A DNA stretch of 64,000 nucleotides from Azolla caroliniana. Its lineage: Eukaryota > Plantae > Polypodiophyta. The position numbers and the translations under genes were made by a program. Under the pieces are notes generated by a model that worked only from the letters and a program-made list of their open reading frames with translations, was not told the origin of the DNA and did not search any database. Each line of letters opens with the position of its first letter. Position 1 is the stretch's first letter. The stretch spans positions 8,060,001 to 8,124,000 of the forward strand of contig JBHGNT010000014.1 of the NCBI GenBank assembly GCA_043228905.1, given 5' to 3'. Below, in pieces: positions 34,939-49,479 of this stretch.

Positions 34939-36419
34939 CCTTCGTTTTGTCTTCTTTCTCAATACACTATCATGTCAGAATGATCTAGTAACCTTGAGCA
35001 AATTTTGGCGGTGCTGCATCAACTCCAACATAAGAATGCGAGCTTACGAAACTGTGTTCAAGAACTTCAAGCAGCAACGACGGTTATATCTCACCCGATT
35101 ATTGGCCCTTGTGATGTAGAACCTAATGTCTGCTTGCCAGAAAAATTCGATGGAACAAGGTCACGATTAAGAGGCTTCATCAACCAAATCCGCCTTATTA
35201 TTCATCTTCAGCCCTGACGATATTCTGATGACTTCTGACAAGTTGGGCTGATCAGCACGTTGCTGACAGGACAAGCACAAGCCTGGTTTGCCCCTCTAGT
35301 AGAGACTTCTTCACCTCTCTTGAATGACTTCCAAGAATTTCTTACCGAATTTGAGGCAACTTTCGGGGAGACTGACAAACGACGAGCCATGCTCAACAAA
35401 CTATATGCGTTACAACAAGGAGAATGTGCAGCATCAATCTATGCATCTGAATTTTGTCAACTCGCGTGCAATGTGGAATGGGATGAACAAGCCCTCCTCG
35501 ATCAATTCCGTTGAGGATTACGAGGTGAGATAAAATATCGTTTGCTTAACTTTCCTGAGCCCACATCTTTGAATGAGGCTATTTCCCAAGTTGTGCGTTG
35601 CAATAACCATCTCTTTGAGTTTTGGCAAGAGGTATGTTCTCTTCGGATCCATTCACCCTGGTCATCTACTTCATCTTCATCGTCACCTCCCGCCATAGAT
35701 TCTAGCTCCCCAATGGAGATCGATCGAATTCTCTATCGACCACTGACTAAGGTTCAACGACAACATCGACGAGCTAACAATTTATGTCTCTATTGTGGTG
35801 GCCCTGGCCATTTGATCTGTTCTTGCCCAAAAATGGAACCCCACCGAACACCACATCGTGTGGAAGGGGTTAACATTTTCTGCCAACAGGAAAACTCCAA
35901 TGTCCAGTTGCAGTAGGGGTTGTGCATCTGGACCACAAGAGTCGACAATTGTGTTAAGGGCCCAATCAACCGACTTCTTTGAAAACAAGCTTCACACTTC
36001 CGGTCACTCTTCAGTTTGGCTCCAACACTCTAAAGACAAAAGCTTTGTTGGATTTTGGGGCTACGTCGTGCTTTATTGACATCATGTTTGCACGGACACA
36101 CAACATTCCAAGCAACAAAATAACTGTTCTGATTCCAGTTAAAGTGAGCGATAATCGAACGCTCTCTTCTAATGCAATCACAGATACAACAATTCCCTTG
36201 AGTCTCCACATAGGAGCCCACCAGGAAGAAATCATTTTTAACCTCATCACATCACCTCGACATCCTATCATCTTGGGGTTATCATGGCTTGAGACTCACA
36301 ATCCAATCGTGGATTGGCGATCTCGCTCCATCAACTTCACCTCGAATTCTCGCCCACAAGGGATTACTTCCACTCTTCTTCGAGCTAATGCTCTGCCATT
36401 TGTTTGGCCACCTACTTCG

Positions 36420-36745
36420 GTGAGGACCGTGTCAACGGTTGCTCCCACTCATGTTTCGGGGACAACTACAGTTTTTGCTCCAGTGAGGACCACATCAATG
36501 GTTGCTCCGATTCCAGTCTCCGCTGTGGTGAGAACCGTGTCAACGGTTGCTCCCACTGATGTTTCAGGAACAACTCCTGTTTCTGCTCCAATGAGGACCA
36601 CTTCAATGGTTGCTCCAATTCCCGTCTCTGCTACGGTGAGGACCGCGTCAACGGTTGCTCTCACTCATGATTCGAGGGCAACTCCCATTTCTGCTCCAAT
36701 GAGAACTACATTAGTGGTCACTCCCATTTCCTCTTCAACAAGAAC
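36420..36745 (+). repeat. 3 x 108-bp in-frame minisatellite after protease
   Basis: Units start at 36420, 36528 and 36636; encode VRTVSTVAPTHVSGTTTVFAPVRTTSMVAPIPVSAV-like repeats. Confidence 0.9.
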
Positions 36746-36779
36746 CATGTCAACGATTTCTCCAATAGAAACAACATCG

Positions 36780-38083
36780 GGAAGGCCGGAAGGCCGAAAT
36801 TTGGTGGCCAGAAGGCCGAAATTTGTGAAGCCTGCCAACTCAGGAAGCAACACCAGCTTCCATTCCCCACCGCATGAAACTGTAGCCATAACAAGCTCGA
36901 CCTTATTCATTCGAATGTATGGGGACCGACACAAAACCTTAGTCTTGACGGGAGTCAATACTTCGTCTCCTTCATTGACGACTACAACCGGCACACATGG
37001 ATCTACCTCATTGAGCGGAAGAGCGAATTCTTCGAGTGTTTCCGAAACCTGCAAAGCCTGGTTGAATGGGAAACGGAGAGGAAGATCAAGTGCCTGCGGT
37101 CGGATGGCGGAAAAGAATATTTTTCCGATCAATTCAACAGTTATCTACAGCAGAAAGGAATTCGGAGAGAGTTCAGCTGCAGATACACACTGGAGCAAAA
37201 CAGTGTGGCTGAGAGGAGGAACCGATCGCTTATCGACACGGCAAGGGCGATGCTGGAGGAGAAGAGCATGTCCAAATTCTACTGGGCTGAGGCGGTCCGG
37301 ACGGCTGTCTATATCCAAAACCGGATCGGTGACAAGGTGTCCACGCATGAGCTATATTTCGGGCGCAAGCCGAATTTGCGACACCTTCGGATATTCGATA
37401 GCATTGCATATGTGCATGTGCCGGATGAGAAGCGGAGGATGTTGGATGCAAAGTCGGAGAAATGCATCCTAGTCGGTTACTCGCATGAGCAAAAGGGGTA
37501 TAAGTGTTATAACCCTAGGACAAAGCAAGTCCGAGTTAGCCGGGATGTTGATTTTGATGAGACGGCATCATGGTATGCCTTACCGGCTCTGACTTCCAAC
37601 CCCGACCCGATACCGGAGGATGAGGCTAGTGAGCATGAACTGGTCCAGTTAGAAGACGAAGGGTTCGAGACTCTAGATGTGAGTCCAAAATCGTTTCGGT
37701 TAAGTGGACCGAATGAGTGGCTCAGTCGGGATGACCAATCGGATGAGGAACCGGAGACTCTACCGTGCTCTCCCCGCGCAAGGAACCAAGGAGACGGTTC
37801 ACGTGCAAAGAGAAGGTGAAGAAGAAGATATTGGAATATGAAACCGTCAACGTTGAGTTGGATCAGAGTGAATCCAACTCCGGTAAGGAAGAAGGTAGAT
37901 CTTCGGGAACGAAGTCCGAACCGGCCAAGAAGGGCCTCAAACCGGGTAACGATAGATTATGCTGGTCTTCCTGCTAGAAGAACCCCGTGAAGCGGTACGG
38001 GTACAATGAGTACATGGCATATCAGTATGCATACATGACCAAGGTGTTGGAAGTGCGTGAGCAGGAGAGCTACGCAGAAGCGG
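36780..38083 (+). pseudogene. Copia integrase fragment (second lineage)
   Basis: AERRNRSL..FYWAEAVRTAVY..LDAKSEKCILVGY. Confidence 0.88.
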
Positions 38084-39050
38084 TGTCGTGAAGATCCGTC
38101 ACTACGCGCGGATCGTGAGGCGGAACCACTGGGGTTCTGGACCAGAAGGATTCAAAGTTTATGCTAGTTTTAGCGAGAAAGTATGTAAGATAGATTGAGA
38201 GAGATTAATATGGAGAGAGAGATTAGGATTGAACTTTTAACTTTTAGATTTAAGAAACAAGATATATCATCAATTGGATGACGAATTTTCTTCTTATTCA
38301 ATTCTTTAATAGTACATCAATCCCCCTTTTGATCTTTTTCATCCACCCTTTTATAGATGCTCCCGTGCATATGATGCATGTGAGGGTACAAGACATGCAT
38401 ACAATTCATCGAATGCATGTGAGCCATTTGGCGCTCATGCATCACATGTCACTCAATCAAGCTCTAATATGAGAATTTACATGTAAAAGTATAATGATAG
38501 GAAATATAATCCCTAAAGAAATGATTTGGATTAATGTTAAGCCTATTGCTTCTTATCTTGGAGGTGCAAAGTTCGGGTCTTGCTTACATCTTTTTCTTTT
38601 ATGCACAAAAACTATTAGACTTTTGGACCAAATATCTTTAAGACATCATGCATGGCAATCAACCGATCCGTCCGATTTGCATCCGTTCGGTATGGCCCGG
38701 TTTGGTCCGCATCTCGAGGTCATTGGATGCCAAATGCCGGTAACCGGTCACCAGATGCTGGTCACGGTCCATCGCCGGATCCGTCACCGGATGCCGGTTA
38801 CCGGTCGCCAGTTCCGTCATCGTCGTCGTGTCTAGTTGCCGGTTGCCGGCTCTGTCCGATCACCGGTTGCCAGATCCGTCCGGTCACCGGTTGTCGGCTC
38901 CATCCGGCTTCCGATTATGTCACCGACTAGTTTGAGTTTCTTCACTAGACGGTTAGAGGACTTAGCCACATCCGGCGACTTAGCCACATATGTCCATCCA
39001 GACAAAAGTGGCTTAAGTCCAACTATTTTTTATGTGCTCTTAACACATAG
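38084..39050 (-). repeat. Partial LTR of the Trp-primed group
   Basis: Starts TGTCGTGAAGATCC; reverse-complement homologue of about 49890-50568; CCGG-rich short repeats at 38735-38930; right end not found. Confidence 0.8.
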
Positions 39051-40389
39051 ATGAAATATGATGGATCTCAATCTGCTATATAAGCATTGAAGTACGTCCG
39101 TGACAGTTAGTGTCAATCGCTCGTATGAGCATTGAAGTACATGTCATGTACAGAGAGTATTCCTAGTGTTTTGGAATACACGCGTTATCTGTGTTCGGCT
39201 CTAACTCTGTCTCTCCTGCGTACTCTTTGATTCAAGGTTCCATTGAACCTGTCTATATTCTGTTGCTATCCGGCTGAGCCGGTTTTGCCTTAGCTTCCAC
39301 ATATTCCCTTTTTCTAGTAGGATTGTGCAAAACATTCTTGATGCAATTATTTTTATCATCTTTGTTGAATGGAACATTACCGATGTGTCGAATGGGATGT
39401 GTGGTACCGTCCCCTATCTCCACATAACTGGGCGGATTAGGCGTACGCAGGTCGCTAAACCACTCCTTGTGGGACGTCATGTGATTTGAGGCTGAAAACG
39501 TTAATGTGTGGAAGCTTAGATAAACCGGCTCAGCCGGATAGCAACAGAAAATAGACAGGTTTAATGGAAGCTTGAATCACACACACACACACACACATAG
39601 AGTACACAGGAGAGAAAGGGAGAGAAGAACAATAAACTCTATTTCAAAATATCTCTCTGTAAATACAATGTGCTTAGTAAGCACTTTTATACAAGTCCTT
39701 AAAAGGACTAGCAGAAGTATTGACATGTACTTCAATGCTCGTACGAGTGACTTACACTGACTCCTAAAAATATGCCTACGTAATAGGCTAGGATCGGAGG
39801 CCTCTAATGGCCTACCTGTTACACTCCATTCTGGACACCGATCTGGCTCTCCATCTCTCCTCTCTAGACATCGATCCGGTTCTTTGGTCCTGGTATTGAT
39901 CCGGCTCTAGCTTACTCAGCCGATCCGGATCATGTTGAGCTTGTTCGCTCAACACTGCCCCTCAAGCTCAAGTTGAGGTCAAATCTTGGTGTCACTATCT
40001 ACCAGTCCTTCCCTCCGGCTCTTCCTGACATCTTCCCCCCTAGCTCGCGCTCCTCGACCCGTCCTGTCCCGCTTTCCACGTATCGTTCGGTTCCACGCAC
40101 CTTGACCTTCGTGGTCGGCTTGTCTCCTCATAAGCCCTATCTCAGCTCCTTCACTACTATGACTTTGGGATTTTCTGGCCCGTTAGTTCCTCTATGTTGG
40201 TGTCAACTTCCATTTCCTTCTCGTTCGTTTGGAATTGAATTGATTCGGCTCCTCCAAAGGAAAAGTTAGCGTGCAGAAGCTTGACAAAACCGGTTTAGCC
40301 GGGTAGCTTGAGAGACAGAGAGAGAATGGAAGCTTGAGAGAATAAAAACACAGGTTCAATGGAAGCTTGAGAACATTTAGCATACACGG

Positions 40390-43300
40390 TGTCGCAATAT
40401 TCCGCGGGTACATGTAGAAAGGGGCGGGACCACGGGGGTCTCGGATGAGGAAGCGATGGGTGTTAAAAGCCGACTTCTCTCTAGTCCCGACTGCACTAGT
40501 TGTGGCGCAAACCGGAGCGATTCCGGACGTGTACCGGCGGCTTCTGAACACGAGAGAGGAAGAGAGAGAGCACGCGCGCAACACCGACACAACACACGCC
40601 TCTTATGTGCAGGAAACAAAGGGAAATAAATGCACTCGGCACCAACAAAGACACAAATATGCACAACCCCTTATATATATGATTACAAGAGTGTGTTACA
40701 TCTCCGGCTCCGAGCCGGACTGAGGTAGGCTAGGTCACAACAGTAGTCTACAGCCAAGCCGTCGTTGCGGAGTTCTCGGGCTCGTCGCGTTGAGCGGGAT
40801 CTTGCACAGGAGGCTGAGCAAAAGTAAACCCCTACAGAACATACAAGCTCTTCACCAGGCTAAAACCCTAAACAGACATTAAGGGGAAGAAGAAGAAGAA
40901 GAAACCAATACGAAACCCTAAAATGAAATAGAGGGAAGACCAAAGTACAAAGCCTAAGGGAACAAGAATAAGATGAAGAGAAAGAACACTACCAAACCCT
41001 AGACCTAAGTGGTATACCCTCCTAACTCAAAATGGGCAACCCCTTTACAAAGGGCGTTCCTTCCTTTTATAGAACAAGGAGAGAGATGCGTAACAATGTG
41101 GGATAAATCCTCCCCCTTATTCTATACATCGTTTCCTACTATACATGTGCACATGTTGCACACCACCGACTTGCCCATTTCACGTCGGTTTCACAATATA
41201 GCCGGAAATCTTCATGACATCCACCCCCACCAAATTGCACATCCACCAATTCCTACTATATATCGTGTGGTGTCTTCCTCCTTCCTTGTTCTGCACCGCC
41301 TGTGCCGAATGTCGTCCCGTACCTGTGCTTGCTTCGGCCCTCGATGGCCACTCGCACGTCACTTGTTCCGCTTTCGGGTGTGCCCTTTTCGGCTTGGCAC
41401 ACCGCTCCTTAATTAGGTGTTCCCGGCACCTTACTGGAAGATCACCCTTGCCACGTCCCAGCCCGCATGGCCTCCTTCGTTCATGTAATGCCTCGGCTAG
41501 TCAGTGCCTCTCCTATTGCCGCCCTCGTCCCCTTGTTGCCACCTTCCATTACCCTCGGTCTCACGTTGCCACGTCGGCCGAACCGCCGAGGTCTCTGGGC
41601 AAGTGTGAAGGATCCTTCTCGGGCCTCCATTTTGTTGGGTCACCGACTCGTGTGCCAAGTGCATCTAATCTTTTTCTTGCCGGTTGAGTCCGTATCCGGT
41701 TCGTGGTTGCCTCGCCGGCCTCATACCTCCTTTCGCTCTGCTTCCCGTCGTTTGATCACGTTCTCTTGCCACCACTGTCCTTCTCTCTAGGTCTCACGCC
41801 GGCTCTCGTCATTGGCTGTTGGAGTCTCTGCATCGGTGTGAGTGTCTTCATGGGACCTCCCCTTTGCCATTTTCAGTTGCCTGCCTTGCCGCCACCACCA
41901 TTCTTCTCTCTAGGTCTCATGCCAGCTCTCGTTGCCGGCTGCTGGAGTGTCTAGAACCAGTGTGTGTAACCTCGCGGTAGCACCGCTTGCCGTTTTCCTC
42001 TCGCCGTAGTCCCAACCTTCGTGTCGGCCTCTTGTGTTGGTCACTGTCCTTTCCTATAGAACTCACGCCGGCTCTCGGGCCGACCACCGAAGTCTCCAGA
42101 ACCGGTGTGAAGGATCCTCCTAGGGCTCATTGTATCTCGAACCCTTATCCTGGGTCATCCTTCTCCGCAAGTCGAGAGGGTGGCTCCCTGCACACCCTCT
42201 CCCGTGGTACCGACGTACCGCGTTCTCGGCCTCTCCGTAGGCCTGCTCTCTCCTCCCTCCAGGATCATTTATCCAGAAGTCCGCTCCGCCCGGTTCTCGT
42301 TCGGGTCCGTCTGTCATTCCCTAGATTTCGAAGTTCTGTTCTCCTGCCGCCACAGTCAGTATCTTAGTCTTACGTCAGATCGGATGCCGACCGCCGAAGT
42401 CTCTAGATCTGGTGTGAGGTGACCCATAGGACCGGTCTTCGTTCTCCACTTCATCCCTTTGTACTTGTTCCGAACTCGTTGTCGCCCTCCTGTTATGCTC
42501 CCGCCTCCATCTTGCATCTCTTTCGGTCTCACGTTGCCACGCCGGCTGAACTGCCGAAGTTTCCGATCAAGATGTGGGGACACCGATTTCGTAACGACTC
42601 CTGACGACTCATCCGGGGCCACCGACCCTTTTAGTGGTATCGGTGGAAAGCATCCACTCTATGATCGATCAAGCCCTGCCTCGGCTTGATTCTCCAATGT
42701 CCGTAGTTTCGGCTCCGATACCAATCCTGCCGGACTCGTTTCGTACCCTCGATCATCTTCTTCCCGATTCCCGACCTTCACTCGGCCGGTCTTTTTCCCC
42801 ATGTAAAAGAGGGCGGCTCGTCTCGCACCCTCTTCCGTATCGGCACCTTCATGCCGAACCTTGCCCTAGTCACACTATCCACTTCTGGATCGTGCTCCAC
42901 CCGAATTGGGATACCGACCAGTCCGATCCCTGGTCGGTTTGACTTTCGATTTCGCTCCCCTTGGCGCCGACTCTCATTCCGTCCTTCTCTACCGTGGCTC
43001 TGTCCTCGACCTTCTCGTAGGCCGTTTCCCATCCATCTTCGCTAGCATCGTGCTAGGACTCCTCACTTGCGCCTTCCATCTCTCCAGTCTTATGTCGGCA
43101 CACGAGCTCGATTACCGGAGTCTCCGGAATCCGCGTAGAGGGCTCCTCTCCGCTTCCGACCTCCTCCTTGGCCGTTCTTTCTCCGCAAGTTGAGAGGGTC
43201 GCTTGCTCCGCACCCCCTCCCGTGGTACCATCGTACCGATCTTCTGCCATCCTGTGGGGCAAGTCCGTCTCCTCGGTGTCAGCTTGCGGCCTCGATCTTT

Positions 43301-44908
43301 CCTCTTCCTCGAGCATTGCCTCGAGTGCTTCGTATGCCTCCGCAATCCTAGCCCCGAAGCCGAGCCTTGCCGACTCTCTTTGCCGCCATGATGGTGCGTC
43401 GTCGCACGCCTTCCACCTAGCTCTATCGACTCGCTCGTCATCTAGCCGTTGGCATACCAATCTGACTTTCGACCAGTCCTCCGTAAGCCCATTCGCTTCG
43501 TCATCGTCTTCGAGCTCAATCCCGATGCCCTCCTGTTCCGCTCGATCGATCAACCTAACGAACAACAGGACTTTGTCCGCCCCCACCAAACTTTGCTCCC
43601 GCTCCGGGAGCCGAGCAAGCCGTCGCTCGAACTCTCAAAACGCCTTCGTTGCGCCCTGGTTGGTCTTCGCCGATGCCACCCACTGGTCGAAGTCGCGTTG
43701 TCCCCGGCTCTTCTGCCATCCTCCATATGCGTGCAGGAGCGCCTCTTCGAAGGCCTCCCACGAACTATGAGCTTCTTAGAGCTCCTTCACTTCTGCGTGC
43801 ATACGGACGATGAAGACCCGACAAAAGAACTCCAGCCTCAGCGCCTCGTCTATGCCTCGCTCCTCCATTTCTGCGTTGTAGGCCTCCAAGTAGAATGGAA
43901 CTTTGTCCCTCTGTAAATGGTCGACTCTTTTGACCACTCGCTCCATAGCTTGTTGTGACATCTCTCTTCTTGTTGTTGCTCGTCTAAACTCCCTCACTGC
44001 TTTGACAAAACATTGTGCGAAGTCTTCTTCTTCCAGCTCCATTCTCCCTTGCTACCCTTCACATCGGGTTCACCAAAGATGTCGCGGTATTCCATGGGTA
44101 CATGTAGAAAGGAGCAGGACCATGGGCTCTCGAACGAGGAAGCGATGGGTGTCAAAAGCTGACTTCTCTCAAGTCCCAACTGCACTAGTTGTGGCGCAAA
44201 CCGGAGCGATTCCGGACGCGTATCGGCGGCTTCCGAACACGAGAGAGGAAGAGAGAGAGCACGCGCACAACATTGACACAACACACGCCTCTTATGTACA
44301 GGAAACAAAGGGAAAGAAACGCACCCGACACCAACAGAGACACAAATATGCACAACCCTTTATATATATGATTACAAAAGTGAGTTACAACTCCGGCTCT
44401 GAGCTGAACTGAGGTGAGCTAGGTCACAACAGTAGTATGCAGCCAAGCCGCCGTCGGGGAGCTCTTGGGCTCTTCACGCTAGGTGGGGTCTTGCACAGGA
44501 GGCTGAGCAGAAGTAAACCCCCACAGAACATACAAGCTCTTCACCGGGCTAAAACCCTAAACAGACACGAAGGGGAAGAAGAAGAAGAAGAAACCAATAC
44601 AAAACCCTAAAACGAAATAGAGTGAAGACCAAAGTACAAAGCCTAAGGGAACAAGAATAAGATGAAGAGGAAGAACACTACCAAACCCTAGACCTAAGTG
44701 GTATACCCTCCTAACTCAAAATGGGCAACCCCTTTAAAAAGGGTGCTCCCTTCCTTTTATAGAACAAAGAGAGAGATGCGTAACAATGTGGGATAAATCC
44801 TCCCCCTTATTCTATACATCGTTTCCTACTATACATGTGCACATGTTGCACACCACTTACTTGCCCATTCCACCTCGGTTTCACACTATAGCCAAAATCT
44901 TGACGACA
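40390..44908 (-). mobile_element. Non-autonomous gag-only LTR element #2 (tRNA-Trp primed)
   Basis: LTRs 40390-41219 and 44080-44908; PBS 44059-44075; PPT GGTGGGGGTGGA; TSD ACGG/ACAG (empty-site equivalent ACGG at about 51243-51246); gag-like ORFs 43776-44042 and 43053-43589; no pol. Confidence 0.92.
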
Positions 44909-47900
44909 ACAGGAGAGACAGAGAGAGAAAAACATAAACTCTATTAAAAAATAACTCTATGTATTTTCTTCTTAATATACAACGTGCTAAACAACATTAT
45001 TTATACAAGGACTGACAAAATTACTATGTACTTCAATGCTCATACGAGCGACTGACACTAACTATGAGGACTTTAGCTACCTAGTAGTCTAGGAGTATAG
45101 GCTACTACTAGCCTTCCGGTTCACATTTGAATCTGGCTCTCTGATCCGTTTCTCTGATCCGGCTCTGGCTTGTTCAGCCAATCCGGATATGGTTGAGCTT
45201 GCTCGCTCAACACTCCCCCTCAAGCTCAACTTGAGGTTGGATCATGGTGTCATTGTCTGCGGTAGCCGGTCCTTTCCTCCGGCTCCTTCTGACGTCCTCC
45301 CGCCTAGCTCGTGCTCCTCGTCTAGTCTGGTTCTACCTCCCACGACCCGTTTGGTTCTACGCAACTCCACCTCCTTGGTCGGCTTGTTTACTCAGCATGC
45401 CCATCTCAGCTCCTTCATTGTTATGACTCTGGCGTTTGTTGACCCATCGATTCCTCTGTGTCGGTGTCGACTTCTACTGCCTTCTCATCTACTTGGCCTT
45501 TAGTTGATCCAGCTCTTCTGAATCCAACTGTTGAACCGGCTCTTCCAAATCCGCTTCCTCTTATTTGTTCCAGCTCTTGTCTGAGTTGGTAGCCTCCAAC
45601 TCATCTTCCATTTTTAGGTTGTTCACCACATCGGACCACGTCCGAGTCTTAGCCTTTTTTTGGTCGGCTCTGTCCTTCTTGACTCTACCGTCATTGCCGC
45701 TTGCTCCAACTTGTTCGGATGTGCCGACTCCTTCGGTCGGCTCGGCCTCCTCTTTTTGCTCGTCTCCACCCTTGGTTCTTTCTTCCTCTCTGACTCCTGG
45801 TCCGGTGCCATCCGTTCTCCCCCTCAAGTGCGACACATCGAGATGTTGTAGTCCTAGCATTTCGGAAAAGTGGTGCAACTTTTCTGATCCGAGCAGCTTG
45901 GTTAAGATGTCAGCAACCTGCCGATCCGTATGAACATACTGAAGTTCAACTTCACCGCTGAGGACCCACTCATGGACAAAGTGATAATGCACCTCTATGT
46001 GCTTTGTCAGAGCATTGAATACAGGGTTCTTGACGAGCTATATGTTGCTTACTATATTGCAGTAGATTAGGATCGAGGTCGGCACCTCGATTCGGAGGTC
46101 TTGCAATAGTCGTCGAAGCCAAATGACTTCACAGGTTGCAATGGTAGCACCTCGGTACTCAGCCTCAATGCTCGACAGAGCACTATTGGCTTCTTTTTTC
46201 TACTCCGATGCATCACCAACCCAGTCGGCATTAGTATAACCGACTAGCTTCCCAGCTATACCGTGTCGGTATAATAGTTCTCGGTCCTTCGTCCCACTCA
46301 AATATCACAATAGTTGATGCGCGCACTGAAGGTGCTCAATGGTCGGCTTCTACATAAACTGGTTGATCACCCCGACTGGATAATTGATGTCGGGTCGGGT
46401 GAGCGTCAACTATATAAGACTTTTGACAATTTGTCAGAACCGTTTTTCATCGCAGGCCGGGCCAAAGTCGGGACGTAGCTTCAAGTTCCAGTCCAGGGGT
46501 GTGGAGATCGGTTGGCATTCCTTCATGCCAAACTTTTACAGCATATCCAACACATAATGTCTTTGACAGAGCAATATGCCATCGGGAGTCCAGATCAGCT
46601 CGATCCCAAGAAAATAATGAAGGTCCCCTAGGTACTTCATTTCAAATGCGTCCGACAACTGGGACTTCACTCTGCCAATTTCATCCAGTTCGGGTCCAAT
46701 GATGACTAAATGATCAACATATAGCAGGATACAAACCAGACTGTCCAGACCTTTCCAGAAGAATAGTGACGAGTCACACTTTGAGGCCGCAAACCCCATC
46801 TTACGCAACCGGTGCCTGATCTTCGCATTCCAAGCTTGAGGGGCTTGCTTAAGACTGTAAAGCTACTTCTTGAGTCAGCATACTACCGACTTGTTCATCT
46901 CTGATTGGAAACCAGGGGGTTGAATCATATAGATCCATTCTTCAAGGTCACCTTGAAGAAACACATTCTTCACGTCCATTTGGTGAAGATGCATCCCCTT
47001 GCCGCAACAATAGCTAGTACCACACGAACCATCGTCATCTTCGCTACCCGGGCGAAGGTCTCATCATAGTTCATTCCGTGGGTCTGTGCATATCCCTTTG
47101 CCACTAATCGGGCCTTGCACCGGTTGACCGAACCATCGACATTGTACTTCACCTTATATACCCATTTACAACCGATCAGTTTACACTGTCGGGGAGGGTC
47201 AACCAGGTCCCATGTGTCATTGGCATTAAGTGCCCACATTTCTTCCTCCATAGCAGCACACTAATTTGCATCTTTTGCTACTTTTGCGTAGCTCTCCGGT
47301 TCATGCACTTCCGCCACCTCAGCCATGTACGCATAGTGATGCTCCATGTACTAATTGTATCTGTACATCTGGACGGGGTTCTTCTGGTGGATTGAGCGGC
47401 ATAACTTTTCCTTAGCTGATTTGAGGCCCTTCTTGGTCAGTTTGGACTTCCTTTCTGAAGATCCGCCTTCTTCCTTTCCAGGGTCAGATTCGCTCCAATC
47501 CGACCCTTCACTACCGCTATCATATTCCAAAATCTTCTTCTTCCCCTTCTCTTTGCGTGTGAATCGTGTCCTCGGTTCCTTGCATGGGGAGAGCACATTA
47601 GAGTCTCCACTACTAGCCGGTTCTTCATCCGACTGGTCATCCCGACTCAGCCGCTCATATGGCCCACTTAGCCGGAATGAGATCGGACTCTCATCTAGAG
47701 TACCGACACCTTCATCTTCTTCTTGAACCTCTCCGGGTTCACTAGCCTCATCCTTTGGAATCGGGTCTTCGTCAAGAGTTGGAGTCGGTAGGGAGTACCA
47801 TGATGCTGACTCATCAAACTCGGCATCTCGACTTACTCGTACCTGTTTAATCCAGGGGTTATAACACTTATACACCTTCGCTTCATGCGAGTAGCCGACG

Positions 47901-49479
47901 AGTATGCATTTCTCCGATTTCGGATCCAACTTCCTCCACTTCTCATCCGGTACATGCACATATGCTCATGTACTGCACCTTGTCCCCGATCCGGTTTTCG
48001 ATGTAGATGGTCGTCCGGACCGCCTCAGCCTAGTAGAATTTGGTCATGCTCTTCTCCTCCAGCATTTCCCTTACTGCGTGGACAATCGACCAGTTCTTTC
48101 TTTCGGCAACACCGTTTTGTTCCGGTGTATATCGGTAGTTGAATTCTCTATGAATTCCTTTTGCCTATAGATAACTATTGAATTGGCCGGAAAAGTATTT
48201 TTTCCACCATCCAACCACAGGCTCTTTATCTTCAACTCCGTTTCCCTTTGGAGCTTTGAAGGTTCCAGAAATAGTCGAAGACATCGCTTTTCTTCTTGAT
48301 GAGGTAGATCCACGTGTTCCAACTGTAGTCGTCGATGAAGGAGACAAAATAGCGACTCCTGCCAAGACTAACGTTTTGTGCCGGTCCCCATACATCCAAA
48401 TGGATTAGATCGAGCTTCTTTCAACTCCGGTTTCGTTCGGTTGGGAATGGAAGCCGGTGTTGCTTCCTGAGTTGGAAGACTTCACATATTCGGGCCTTCC
48501 GGCTACTAAACTTTGGCAAACCGAACACAACTTGTTTTGATTGCAGATCTTGAAGACTTTAGTAGTTGACGTGGCCAATCCACTTATGCCAGAGATCGAT
48601 GTCCAATTCAATCTTCTATCCTTTGGCAAACATGGTGGTGTCGACGTCATTTTTGTTGAGGATGAACATCCTCCCTTGTCTACGCCTTTGTGTGATTATC
48701 CAGCCTTCTTCCTCGATGAAGCCCTTGAGGTGCGTAAACCGAACCTGCATTATCTGGTCGACGATTTGTCCGACTGACACCAGGTTCTTTGTGATTGTCG
48801 GGATATGTAGAACATTCATCAGCTTCCCCATTTGTCTGACATGGCTTAAAGGGACTTCTCCAACATGCACAATTGCGTGAGGAGTGTCGTCTCCGATTTC
48901 GACAACTCCCGGTTGTTCCGATTTCTCTAGAAATGAGAGCCACTCTTCGTGGCTCATTATGTGGTTTGACGCTCCAGAATCAACATACCACACTTCCTCC
49001 GATCCGGAAGTGGTCTTCTTCATCGAGTTCGCCTTGTGCTTCATCACGAAGGCCGACCCCTTTTTGGTTTTCCCGGTTCTGGATCCTTCTAATCCTCGAG
49101 CGTAGTGCGAGCTTTCCTGGTTCCCTTCTTCTTTCTTGCCAGATCCTGATTTATCCAAATCGGCACACTTCCTCTAGCACTCGCTCTCTGTGACCTTTCT
49201 TTCCATAGTACCAGCATTTTGTGTTAGTTTTCGATAATACTGTTGGCACCATCTCTATGCCTTCGTTTCTGCTCTTGTCGGCCACCTCCATTGCATGCCG
49301 ACCCACCTCGTCCTCCACGCCCACGGGGCCAATCCCGCTCCTTGAACAACATCCGGTTTTTCGATTGAGTGGTCCTCGACCCGCTCGCATGGTTTTCTTC
49401 AACCATCAACATTTATTATAAGTCGAAGGACGGTGGCTTCTCCTAGGTGCAAATTGCCATCCGGATTGGCCCGTACCGT

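Larger units (their letters stand above)
34592..36775 (+). mobile_element. Tcn1-like chromovirus 5' part (LTR 34592-34925, self-priming PBS, gag, protease)
   Basis: TGTCATGA..GTGACA; LPEKFDGTR, CLYCGGPGHLICSC, ALLDFGAT..ILGLSWL. Confidence 0.88.

Noticed and set aside
35979-37472. 497-aa ORF as a novel protein
   Set aside because: Chance fusion of chromovirus protease and minisatellite with an out-of-frame copia integrase fragment beginning near 36780.
41180-41195. TCACGTCGGTTTCACA resembling a second tRNA-Trp PBS inside U3
   Set aside because: Lacks the TGG end, is weaker in the sister LTR and absent in element #1; may be chance.
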